Shown piece by piece: positions 50,120 to 61,018 of a DNA stretch of 64,000 bases; position 1 is the first letter of the stretch; each line of letters begins with the position of its first letter. The stretch spans positions 101,618,001 to 101,682,000 of the forward strand of contig NC_043000.1 in assembly GCF_006345805.1 (NCBI RefSeq), given 5' to 3'. The notes below the pieces were generated by a model, which worked only from the letters and a program-made list of their open reading frames with translations, did no database searches and was not told where the DNA came from. The position numbers and the translations under genes are program-made. The stretch is from Octopus sinensis. Lineage: Eukaryota.

Positions 50120-50435
50120 TGAAGATTTCTTGGCAACCCAGATTTTAGGAAGTCCTTAAGTATCCTAGTCCGCTCATCTATGCAGAGCTTGCAGTACCCA
50201 CTCCTGTTGATGTAGGGCCCTGGTCTTTCTAAGATCTTTTACTTGATATTGTATAGGGTCCCTTTATCTTTGAGGTGTCACACATAGCTAGCCAGGATAC
50301 AACGAATCGTCTTTTAGGGACCCTGAATGAGGACCTGTGGTTGTACAAGCGTAGCCTGAATGCTGTACCAGCAGAGCTGATATATTTCCAGGCATGGGTG
50401 TTGGCTGTGTTCACATAACTGGTGCATCTCCAGTT
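50120..50435 (-). mobile_element. Penelope-like element GIY-YIG endonuclease fragment
   Basis: KYISSAGTAFRLRLYNHRSSF, then after a frameshift ERPGPYINRSGYCKLCIDERTRIL (YIG..T..F..R..NH and PY....C.LC..E motifs). Confidence 0.75.
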
Positions 50436-50839
50436 GGCTATTAAAATAAATATGAATTATACATCTACACAGTTTCTGTTATTACAGCCATTTATACAGT
50501 ATATTCTTTATCCTAGGTATTACCACTATTAAAGCAAACTGGAGTTTAGTGGTTTTGACAGTCTTATATTTTTGGTAGGGGACAATTAGTGTTGAATGCA
50601 AAAAATATGAGTAGGTCGAAGAATTCTTATATGGCTATAAACTTTGTTATCCGATCGACTATAGGATGACCCTAAATGCCAGGTATTAAACTGTCTGAAT
50701 AAATTTCATACACTAGCCTGGAGCGAAATAGAAAAGAATAAATACTGAGATAGATATCGACATTAAGGATCACTAAAGCAGATAGAATTTAAAGAAGTAA
50801 GATACACAAAATTTACTTGTACGGTCAGGGTATAATCTT

Positions 50840-51275
50840 TTACTTTTGACTTGTTTCAGTCATATGACTGTGGCCCTGCTGGGACAGCACCTTAAAGAAT
50901 TTTTAATCATATGAACTGACCCCTGTACTTATTTCCTCTTAAGCCTGCTACTTATTTTATCCAAAGCCTAGTACTCATTCTATCATTCTCTTTTGCTGAA
51001 CTGCTAAGTTATAGGGACATAAACACACCAACACCGGTTGTCAAGTAGTGGTAGAGAACAAACACAGATGCAAAGACTCACACATATAGATATGTATTTA
51101 TACACATATATATGATGGGCATTTCAGTTTCCATCAACCAAATCCACTCAAAAGGCTTTGGTTGGGCCAAGGCTATAGTAGAAGACACTTATCCATGGTA
51201 CCACAGAGTGGGACTGAACCCAGAATCATGTGGTTGAGAAGCAAACTTCTTACAACACAACCATACCTGCACCTG
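50840..51275 (-). mobile_element. SINE family C
   Basis: head-to-tail homology to 26770-27190. Confidence 0.85.
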
Positions 51276-51679
51276 TTCACAATATAGTAGATTATTTCCA
51301 CCTACAGTGAAATCAGGATTTTTAACTATGCAAATCAACATCAGATCTATATATAATAACATCCTCCTTGAACTTAACAGCCATATCGGATTTCTCACTA
51401 CTACCTTTCATATTTTTTGCACTCAACTCTAACTGTCCCCGACCAAAATTTGTCATCTTTTTAAGGTTGATAAATTGAATTGCAAAGTTGTCATCACTAT
51501 CAAAATCATTATCATCTTCAGCCACAGCAACAACAAACAAGTAAAGTTGATCTCTAATAACTGGAGGGTGTAAATTATGAAGGTAGAGATCAGCCTATTA
51601 TATTAAAGTACCTATGGTACTTGACTGGTACCACTTTTTTATTGATACTAAAAGGATGAAAAGGTGTGTATATATATAT

Positions 51680-51986
51680 ATATCACTGTGATCACCGTGA
51701 CCGACCAGGCTGTCAGATGTTACTACACATCGCTGGTCACAATGTGCTTTGCATTGTTTTAGCCTTCAAATGACGCCACCCCGCTGGCTAAGTGAGCAGG
51801 CCAACAGAAGAAAGAGTGAAAGTTGTGGCAAAAGAGTACAGCAGGGATTGCGACCACCCTCTGCCGGAGCCTTGTGGAGCCTTAGGTATTTTCACTCAAT
51901 AAACACACACAACACCCGATTCGGGAATTGAAACTGTGATCCTACGACCGCGAGTCTGCTACCCTAACCACTGGGCCATTGCGCCT

Positions 51987-51990
<4 letters not shown>
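51680..51990 (-). mobile_element. tRNA-SINE (head and middle like 43751-44054, different tail)
   Basis: gtggaggcgcaatggcccagtggttagg A box; tail matches 20140-20395. Confidence 0.8.
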
Positions 51991-52050
<60 letters not shown>

Positions 52051-53003
52051 GGCTGGCTGGCCATATCGGAGCAATCTCAAGATTAATCAGCCGAAATTGC
52101 TAAGATGATCTGGTTCTTGACTGATGACTGAGGGCTTCGAATGTCCCGTCCTGTGGTTCTTGTGTCGTCTCCGTGGTGTTTCATGTTCTTGTCCATGTCT
52201 GTAATTATTTTTACTGTTTACCTATATAATCGGCGGTACGTATCCACAATTGACCTTATACGATAAGTATATTTTTCTCTAGCATTGATACGACTCTTAA
52301 TCTGTCTCTTTTTCTCTCTCTCTCTCCTCCCTTATTCCCCTTCCTTTCTTTCCCTCTCCTTCCGTATCCCCCCCCTTCTACGTTTCTCTATCTCTCTCAC
52401 CTCCAGCCCCCTCGATCTGTCTCTTTCTTCTCCTCCCTCGTCCACCTTCTCTCTCTTTTCATCTGTCCCTTTCTCCTGTCTTCTGTTCTCACGTGACAGC
52501 TAGCCGCCGTTGAGCGCTCTTTTCGTTTTCAGCAGCCGCAGAAGCAACACGTATTTGTTCGTCTCCCCGTGGCCATTAGGCACAACTTCACAAGCCAGCC
52601 CCATACTTAACTCGTCCTGTCGAAAGACCCTGTCCCACGTCCTGGTTTTGTTTTGTTTTTATTTTTATTTTTATTTTTACCGTTATTGTTTTTACGTTTT
52701 TGTATTCTATTGGTGTCACGTATTCTGTATTTTGTTTATGTACTTCGTTCGTTTTCCGTCCTCGCGTTGTATACATTCGAAGCTTTCTTCCAGGGGATCT
52801 AATGCGCTTGGCTTAGATTTCCCTTGGCTGGCTGGCCATATCGGAGCAATCTCAAGATTAATCAGCCGAAATTGCTAAGATGATCTGGTTCTTGACTGAT
52901 GACTGAGGGCTTCGAATGTCCCGTCCTGTGGTTCTTGTGTCGTCTCTGTGGTGTTTCATGTTCTTGTCCATGTCTGTAATTATTTTTACTGTTTACCTAT
53001 ATA
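52051..53003. mobile_element. Non-coding element with 178-bp direct terminal repeats (52051-52228 and 52826-53003)
   Basis: repeats differ by 1 substitution; ~600-bp CpG-containing core with polypyrimidine tract; flanked by (CA)n/(TA)n. Confidence 0.8.
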
Positions 53004-53019
53004 TATATATATATATATA

Positions 53020-53200
53020 TGATGCATCGGGATGAGGACAACTGTGTAAAGAATTGCCAAGCTCTAATTGTGGAGGGAACCTGTGGAAGGGGTAGACCCA
53101 GAGAGATGTAGGACAAAGTGGTGAGAAAGGCTCTTCAGATGATAGGCTTTACTGAGAAAATGACAAAAGATCGGGAGTTGTGGAAACTTGCAAGAGTCTT
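53020..53200 (+). mobile_element. RTE 3' ORF fragment
   Basis: MHRDEDNCVKNCQALIVEGTCGRGRPREM*DKVVRK...TKDRELWK. Confidence 0.75.
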
Positions 53201-53467
53201 CTACACAGATTTCATGTAATAAATCCTTATCTACACACAACACATCATTTGACCTGGCCCTACACTTGCCCAAAAACCCACAAAGTAGGACTGAATCCAA
53301 AATCTGATGGTTGTAAAGCAAACTTGCTAAACATACAGTCATATTGCACCCATGTGTGTGTGTGTGAATGTATATATAGATATGTGTATGTTTACATGTG
53401 TGTGTGTGTGTGTATGTATGCTTATTCTTTTACTTGTTTCAGTCATTTTGACTATGTCCATGCTGGA

Positions 53468-53567
53468 NNNNNNNNNNNNNNNNNNNNNNNNNNNNNNNNN
53501 NNNNNNNNNNNNNNNNNNNNNNNNNNNNNNNNNNNNNNNNNNNNNNNNNNNNNNNNNNNNNNNNNNN
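53468..53567. other. Assembly gap (100 N)
   Basis: run of n. Confidence 1.
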
Positions 53568-53955
53568 GCTAAACACAGAGAGAACAAACAAGGACAGACA
53601 AACGGATTAAGTCGATTACATCGACCCCTGTGCGCAACTGGTACTTAATTTATCGACCCCAAAAGGATGAAAGGCAAAGTTGACCATGGCGGAATTTGAA
53701 CTCAGAACGTAAAGACAGATGAAATACCTATTTCTTTACCACCCACAAGGGGCTAAACACAGAGAGAACAAACAAGGACAGACAAACGGATTAAGTCGAT
53801 TACATCGACCCCTGTGCGCAACTGGTACTTAATTTATCGACCCCAAAAGGATGAACGGCAAAGTCGACCTTGGCGGAATTTGAACTCAGAACACAACAGC
53901 AGACAAAATACCGCAAAGCATTTTGCCTGGCATGCTAACAATCCTGCCAGCTCGC
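53568..53955 (-). mobile_element. Head-to-tail dimer of SINE family A
   Basis: gctaaacacagagagaacaaacaaggacag...ctggtacttaatttatcgacccc occurs twice. Confidence 0.85.
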
Positions 53956-54781
53956 TGCCTTTATGTGTATGGGTAATAATGTGGTGGTGGTGCCAGTCGT
54001 CGTGGTGGTAGTAATGGCAGCTGACAAATAAAAGAGGGATTATAAGAACAGAGCAAAGAAATGGCAATCCTTGTTGTAGCAGTGGTGACGATGGGGATTA
54101 TGGTAGTACTGATTGCAGGTGCTAGTGATAATTGTGTCGCTTCTGGTTGTAGGGTGGTGGTGGTAGTGGTTGTGGTGGTGGTGGCAGTGGTGGTGGTGGT
54201 TGTGGCAGTGGTGGTGATGAAGATGTAGATGATTACAAGCCATAATTCAGACCACCTTGCCTGTTGCTTTTATAAAATGATTAATGATAATAATTATAAG
54301 CGGCAGTAGATGTGATGATAAAACTATCAATCCCCCTCATCATCATCCTCTTCATTCCAATCATTATTATCCTCATCATCCTCATCTTCAATCTCATCAT
54401 CATCTCTTATTATCTCCCTTTTGTATGAGCTAAAACCAGTATTATTAACAATATCATTTGTTCGCTTTCATCTTTGCAATCCTATATTTCTCTTTTCTCA
54501 TCTTCTGTCCATTCTGCCCATTTCCATTTCAAACCAATGACCTTCATATTCTGTAATCCATCATGTTAGCCACTAAAACATTGCATACTTTGGTATTATT
54601 GGATAATAGCAGTAACGTAAGGAATAATCCAGAACATACTTTGATCCACAGAATACTTTAGAATGGACTTTCTCTTTGATTTATTCTTGTTGCGGTTGTT
54701 GTTGTTGTTATTTTTGTTGTTTAAAATAGGACATCCTGATAAAGGGTGTCTTTGTTAAATGATGTGTGTTAGTGTGTGTGT

Positions 54782-54833
<52 letters not shown>

Positions 54834-55559
54834 AAGAGAAAGAGAGAGAGAGAGAAAGAAAGAGAGAGAGAAAGAGAGTGAGAGAAAGAGAGTGAGAGAA
54901 AGAGAGTGAGAGAAATAGAGAGAGAGAAAGAGAGAGAGAGAGAGTGCATAAGTGTGAACAGGTGAGAGAAGGAGAGGGAGAGTGTGTGTGTGTGTGTCTG
55001 TGAGTATGTGAAAGAAAGTATGTGTGTGTGTATGCATATGTGTATGTGTTTGTATGCAAGAGGGAGAATAGATGTGAGTGTGTGTGAAGGAGAGCATGTG
55101 TGAGTTGATGTGTGTGAGTTAGTATGTGTGAATAAATGTGTATAAATATGAGTGAGTGTATGCAAGAGATCATGTATGAGTGTGTATGTATGTGTTTGTG
55201 TATATAAGAAACAGTGCATGTACATGTGTGTACAGTGTGTGTGTGATTCACATGGCGTTGGCAAGCTTAGAGTTATAGTGCTAAGTAGACACTTGCCCAA
55301 GGTATCACATAATGGGTCTGAATAAAAAAAAACCATATTCTTGAAAAGCAAACATACTGACTGCACAGCCATGCATGTAGATATGCATGTGTTTAGAATT
55401 ACATCAATAAATAAGAAAACATATTGCGATATAATTTTAATAAAGAAAATTGATTAGCGTCTGTCTGTTAAAGAGTATTTATTTTAGCAGTTAATACTTT
55501 TAACCCTTCAGCATTCAGATTACACTGTCATATGGAATGCTCATTTGCAACAACTTCTA

Positions 55560-55656
55560 GTAAACAAACTTTGAAGCATCGAATGTGTTTCGTATTTTAC
55601 AGACTTTCTTGTCTATAAAATACGAAACACATTCAATGCTTCCAAACTTTGTTTAC
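55560..55656. repeat. ~45-bp-stem hairpin with 6-nt loop
   Basis: gtaaacaaactttgaagcatcgaatgtgtttcgtattttacagac-tttctt-gtctataaaatacgaaacacattcaatgcttccaaactttgtttac. Confidence 0.95.
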
Positions 55657-55714
55657 AAAATGCTGCATTTCACAAAGTTATATTTAGCATTTAATTTAAG
55701 AGATTGTTGTCAGG

Positions 55715-55785
55715 GGCAGTTTAGCTTAATGGTAGAGTACTCAGCCATTATCTGAGGGGTGCAAGTTCAAGTCCTATAGCTGTCT
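55715..55785 (+). pseudogene. tRNA-like cloverleaf (pseudogene or SINE head); anticodon position reads ATT
   Basis: acceptor GGCAGTT/AGCTGTC pairs 7 of 7 (two G-U), D arm GCTT/GAGT, anticodon stem CTCAG/CTGAG with 7-nt loop CCATTAT, GTTCAAGT T loop, weak T stem. Confidence 0.65.
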
Positions 55786-56339
55786 GTTTCTGCTGTCTGT
55801 TTCTGCTGTTTTCAAAACTATACTGCATTCAAAATATTACTTTCTTGTTTGTAACGCTTATTTATTCACATTCTTTTTGTGTTGAGATTTTGATGATGTG
55901 ATTGTATATTTTCAGTATGACATTGTTTGGTTGGTGTGAGAGGCTGAATGTGGCCAGTCTGTACATAAAATAAGTGTAATATTTGGGCCAGATATGGCCG
56001 GTTTACATGGCCGGCTAAATGCAGCTAGTTAGATGTTAAATCTTTTTTGGGGAAAAAATAATATTGAAACTTAAAATTAGCTCACAAGCTACTCATGGTA
56101 ACATTTTGAGCCACATAAAGCTCAGAAGCCAGTTTGATCACTACCTACATAGAGCCTTTAAACCTAATATGAGTCTTTATCAAACAAAAGGTCTTTACAT
56201 AACATTATGGTAGAAAATCCATATTTTGTTTGAAATATTTTAAACAAATGGGCTTGTATCACAGAATCAGGTGAAGTCTCAGATAGATTAGTATCAAAAT
56301 GATAAACCAACTTTTTAATATGGTTTCATGTCCTGGCTC

Positions 56340-56650
56340 TCGGTTGGAACAAACATGAGTGTTCCAGTTGATGAACCAAAAAGCCTGCTCATGAACTTGA
56401 TATGCAAGTGGCTGAGCACTCCACAGACATGAATAACCTTAACATTGTTCTCTAGGAGATTCAGCATGACAGAGTGTGACAAGGCTGGTCCTTTGAACTA
56501 CAAGTATAACTTATTTTTACTAGTTGAGTAGACTGGTGCCATGAGAAATAAAGTGTTTTGCTGAAGAACACAGTGTGCTGCTAGGAATTGAACTCACTAC
56601 CTTATGACCACGAGCTGTATACCCTAACCACTTAACCACATGCCTTCACT
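56340..56650 (-). mobile_element. SINE family B variant
   Basis: opposite-strand homolog of 18335-18660. Confidence 0.7.
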
Positions 56651-57005
56651 ATGGTTTCATAAACATTTTGTGTTTGGAATATCAAATTTGAATTACAGTA
56701 AATTTTTGCCCATAGGTGAGATATTCCCCACTCCACCTTGCTCTACATCCTCTACAAACTTTACAATTGTAAATTATATATTTGACAGCTATTTCTAATA
56801 GGTCAAGTTCTTTTATTGGCTTCATGTAATATATCAAAGTAAAGTCACCCTTTAGCAATCAGATTATTCTGTCAAATGTAATATTTATTTATTCACACTG
56901 TTTTCAATTAATCATACGTGATCTCATAGCTTTGAGATTTCAATGATGTGATTATTTATCTTCAGAATGACATTGTAGGGTTGTTGTGTGAGGTATGATC
57001 TAGTC

Positions 57006-58885
57006 CACTGGTTCCTAACCTTTTCACAGTGGTTCCCAACAGTGTTTCCCAATCCTTTTATCTAAATGATTTTCCCATGACCCCCTTTAATATGCTTATC
57101 CTTATGTATGTATGTATGTATGTATGTATGTATGTATGTATGTATGTATGTATGTATGTATGTATGAATGTATGTATGTATGTATGTATGTATGCTCTAC
57201 TATCAGCTGCTGGCAAGGTTCTGGCAAATATTCTTCTTACCCATCTGAATGGGTATCTCGTAAATGATGTCCTATCTGAATCTCAATGTGGCTTCCGATC
57301 TGGTAGAGGGACAATGGATATGATTTTCACAGCAAGACAGATGCAGGAGAAGTGCTATGAGCAGAATATGGATCTTGTCCAGGTATTCATTGATTTAACT
57401 AAGGCCTTTGATACTGTAAATAGGGCCTTTCTATGGAAAATACTTGGCAAACTTGGATGTCCGGATCACTTTGTATCTCTAATTAAATTATTTCATGATG
57501 GGATGGAGGCTTGGGTCAATGTTGGTGGTACCATGGCGGGACCCATTCCTGTAGAGAATGGTGTCAAGCAGGGTGACATCCTTGCCCCAACTCTCTTTTC
57601 TTTGTACTTTGCTGCTGCTTTTACTCATGCTTTTGCTAAGGTTAGCTCTCTGGGAATATATGTCAGATATCGATCTCCTGGCTGCCTCTTTAATCTTCGC
57701 CAATTTGCTGCCAATTCAAAGGTTTCCCAGACTATTATTCATGACCTCCTTTATGCAGATGACTGTGACTTAGTCACTCATACAATGGATGACATGCAAA
57801 TATTCATGAATTGCATTTCTGCTTCTTGCAGGGCATTTGGACTCAGCATTAGCCTGGACAAGACTGTTGTAATGTTCCAGCCTGCACCAGGAAATCCATA
57901 TATAGAACCAGCTATCTTGGTTGAAGGAACAATTCTGAAGGTAGTAGACAAGTTTGTCTACCTGGGCAGCACACTCAGCCGTTCTTGCCCCCTGGATGAG
58001 GAAATATCTTTCAGGTTGCAGAGAGCAACTAATTCCTTCCGGTCTCTTCAGTCTCGTGTCTGGTCCCAACATGGCATCGCAAGGAGAACAAAAGTTGCTG
58101 TGTACCGTGCTTGTGTACTGACGTCACTTCTCTACTCATGTGAGACATGGACTCTGTACAAACGTCAGGTAAGGGTCCTTGAACGTTTTCATCAGAGATG
58201 TCTCAGACACATTCTCAATGTTGGCTGGACCTCAAAAATTCCAGACACACAGATCCTGAGGACAGCTGATATCTTGAGTATTGAGGCGAAGGTGCACAAG
58301 CACCGGTTGCGTTGGACTGGACACCTTATTATAATGAAGGATAGAAGGATTCATAAACAGATGCTCTATGGAGAACTTGTGAGTGGAAGGAGACTCCGGC
58401 AGAAACCAAGACTGTGATTTAAGGACTGTGTCAAGTCCTCATTAAAAGCCTGTGATATGCAGGACACTGACTGGGAGAACAATGCCTGTCATCGCCACAG
58501 ATGGAGGAAGCAGGTTAAGGAGGGGATCGACACTTTTGAGAGAGCACGTATCCAGCATGAAGAACTTGAGCGAGCTGCATGAAAGTGCATAGCTCGTATA
58601 GTGAATGGGGAAAGCTTGGTCTGCAATGTTTGCAGTCGTGTATGCTTGTCAAGAGCAGGGCTCATTATCCAGCAACGGAGCTGCAAATGCAAAATAAAAG
58701 TTAGTCCTAGAGCGCACAATGTTCCTGAAGGTCGGCAATGGTCTTCCTCGGTCACGGGTGGATGGCCATCATGTACGTATGCATACATGTGTGTCTGTGT
58801 GTGAAAATTTGAATTTAGTTCTTGAATCCCCAGTACTACCTTTGTGGATCACTAGGGGTCCATGGCCCCAGGTTGGAAACCACTG
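57006..58885. mobile_element. hAT (Charlie-like) MITE with perfect 8-bp TSD, itself split by an RTE
   Basis: ATCTAGTC at 56998-57005 and 58886-58893; TIRs cactggttcctaacc / ggttggaaaccactg. Confidence 0.85.
57195..58772 (+). mobile_element. 5'-truncated RTE (BovB-like) LINE; RT ORF piece lies in 57029-58417
   Basis: ESQCGFRSGRGTMDMIF, FIDLTKAFDTV, GVKQGDILAP, LLYADD, FVYLGS, LRWTGH; a TGA at 58415 interrupts PRL*FKD; terminal CNVCSRVCLSRAGL; the first ~55 codons of the ORF call are MITE and (TATG)n sequence. Confidence 0.95.
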
Positions 58886-59206
58886 ATCTAGTCTGAACAT
58901 AAAACTGATAGAATATTTGGGCCTCATATGGCCAATTTTGATGATAAAGGGTTAAGAGACATTCAACACTGTAGGCTAATGTAGTAATTAGAAGTAGTAG
59001 TAGTGGTGGTGGTGGTGGTAGTAGTAGTAGTGGTGGTGGTGGTGGTAGTAGTAGTAGTAAGTAGTTTTTGTGTTGTTTAATCATAGAACAGCTTCATCTG
59101 AACAAACATGAACAAAAGCCTTCAAGTTCTGAGCTTCACTTCCTTTTCCTGAGCATTATGTATCCAGGACTACATTTTCTCAGGTGCTTTTCCATTTATA
59201 AGATGA

Positions 59207-59844
59207 CTAGCAGTATCGCCCGGCGTTGCTCGGGTTTGTAAGGGAAATAACTATATAAGCATTTTTAGAGAGTTATAGCCAAAAGATAGCAAAAAATGCA
59301 TTAAAAATGGAAAAAATATGATGGTAAATTTTTTTTTAAATCATTGACTCATCGTAGACATTTTTAGAGAGTTACTTCCCTTATATAACAGCGAAAAAAT
59401 GCATTAAAATGGGAAAAAAACGATGGTAAATTTTTTTTTAAATCGTAGACTCATGTAGACGCTTTCTTAGCCATTTCTGTTTTGGTGTCTTCAAGCCATG
59501 AAGTCGTTGTTCTAAAAGAACACTGGTCTCCTTGACAACGCATTACGACGTTGATTTCCTTACACTCCCTTCCCCACAGGTGCAGGTGTGAGCGTGGATG
59601 CCAACTCCGCCGCCATCGACACACGAAAAATTATGCATTAAAAATGGAATAAAAAATGATGTTAAATTATTTTTAAAATCGTAGACTCATCGTAGACGCG
59701 CGCTAATATTCAGACGGGCTCGATATGAATCACGACTATAAGCTACCCGAATTTGGTTAAACTGTACCGCAAAATGTGGGAGTAGTTAGGAATCTAAATC
59801 GAAGGGGACAGACACTCACACAACTACAGTTTTATATATATAGA
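59207..59844 (-). mobile_element. Non-autonomous Helitron
   Basis: minus strand begins TC(TATATATATAAAA) and ends CTAG, with subterminal hairpin CCCG-agcaacgc-CGGG, inserted between A and T; internal degenerate subrepeats. Confidence 0.85.
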
Positions 59845-59861
59845 TATACATAGCGCAGTAG

Positions 59862-60195
59862 TGGTGAGATATGACAGCAAAGAAAAGCATACATTCACTC
59901 TCTGCATGCAATTAGACTCGGAAAGTTCGTGAGGAACCCATTGACCCAATTTGCTGAATTTCCGATAGCACACAGGTGTCAATGAATGGTTGAATGACCA
60001 AATCCAAGCTTCTCTGCTAGTTCCTCAACAGTTACGATGATATTTTGTTCCACCAGGGTTTTCAGGATGTCCTTGTCGAGTTCTACAGATCTTTCAGGAT
60101 GAGGCTCGTCTTCTAGGCTGTAGTTTATGGCTCGGGATTTCTGGAACCACCATTGACACTGCCTTACGCTTATTGTCCAATCCCCATATACTGCA
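59862..60195 (-). mobile_element. Mariner transposase N-terminal fragment
   Basis: NINAVYG..TISVRQCQWWFQK...LEDEPHPERSVELD...VTVEELAEKLGFGHSTIH*HL...VPHELSESN. Confidence 0.88.
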
Positions 60196-60529
60196 TTAAT
60201 ATTTCTTGTACTTTGCACACATTTATATTCTGTTATTCTTTTATATGTTTCAGCCTTGAGGTTGTGGCCATGCTGGATCATGTGTGTGTGTGTGTGTGTG
60301 TCTATCTGTCTGTCTGTCTGTATGTATATATGTATATGTATGTGTGTGAACAATAATATTTTCAACAGATGTGTTGCAAATGTATCTGATTGTTCTCAAG
60401 CTTCAATGCTGTGTGTGTGTGTATGTGTGTGTGTGTATGTATGTATGTATATGTATGTATGTATGTATATGTATGTATGTATGTATGTGTGTATGTATGT
60501 ATGTGTGTGTGTATGTATGTGTGTGTGTA

Positions 60530-60560
<31 letters not shown>

Positions 60561-60619
60561 ATTATGTATGTATGTATGTATGTATGTATGTATGAGTGTA
60601 TGTTTACTTTATTACTAAT

Positions 60620-61018
60620 TACTCTCTTCCAAGAACATTTTCACTCACTCTTAGCTCTTAGCTTCCCATACATTTTACTCATGTATCTATCAGCGTCATA
60701 GACAGAATACTTTCACTTTAGTCTTCCTCAAATCACTCTGTCGCTATTTACTTTCATTTTATTCGTTGCCCACTGTGTGTGTGCTTTTGCGTGTGGTGTA
60801 AACCAGACTAAGAAAAGCATTTTACACACACACCAGAATGTGGGTTTTCTGTAAATTTTGCTTAATTGGAGTTTAAATTTTAAAAACTGGACCTGGCATG
60901 ACGCAATGCATTGTACTCTCAAAAATGCTAGGTAAATTGTAATTGAAGAAATCCTATATTGTAGATTTGTATAACTCCCAAAGGGAGGCAGATAAAATCT
61001 GCCTTTTATAATAAGAGA
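60620..61018 (-). mobile_element. Probable 5' part of a second non-autonomous Helitron-like element
   Basis: minus strand starts a|TCTCTTATTATAAAA followed by a ggcagattttatctgcc hairpin; no CTAG 3' end seen. Confidence 0.45.

Larger units (their letters stand above)
55500..56030. mobile_element. piggyBac-type MITE (family P1) with an insertion at 55547-55850
   Basis: ttaa-cccttcagcattcagattac start; body resumes at ttatttattcaca; ends near gatatggccggttta. Confidence 0.7.
56848..58951. mobile_element. piggyBac-type MITE (family P1) split by nested insertions
   Basis: ccctttagcaatcagatt ... gataaaggg-ttaa; halves join into the P1 consensus seen at 26159 and 55500. Confidence 0.75.

Noticed and set aside
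57029-57194. N-terminal part of the 462-aa ORF
   Set aside because: It derives from MITE sequence and a (TATG)n run that happens to be in frame with the truncated RTE; not a real N-terminus.
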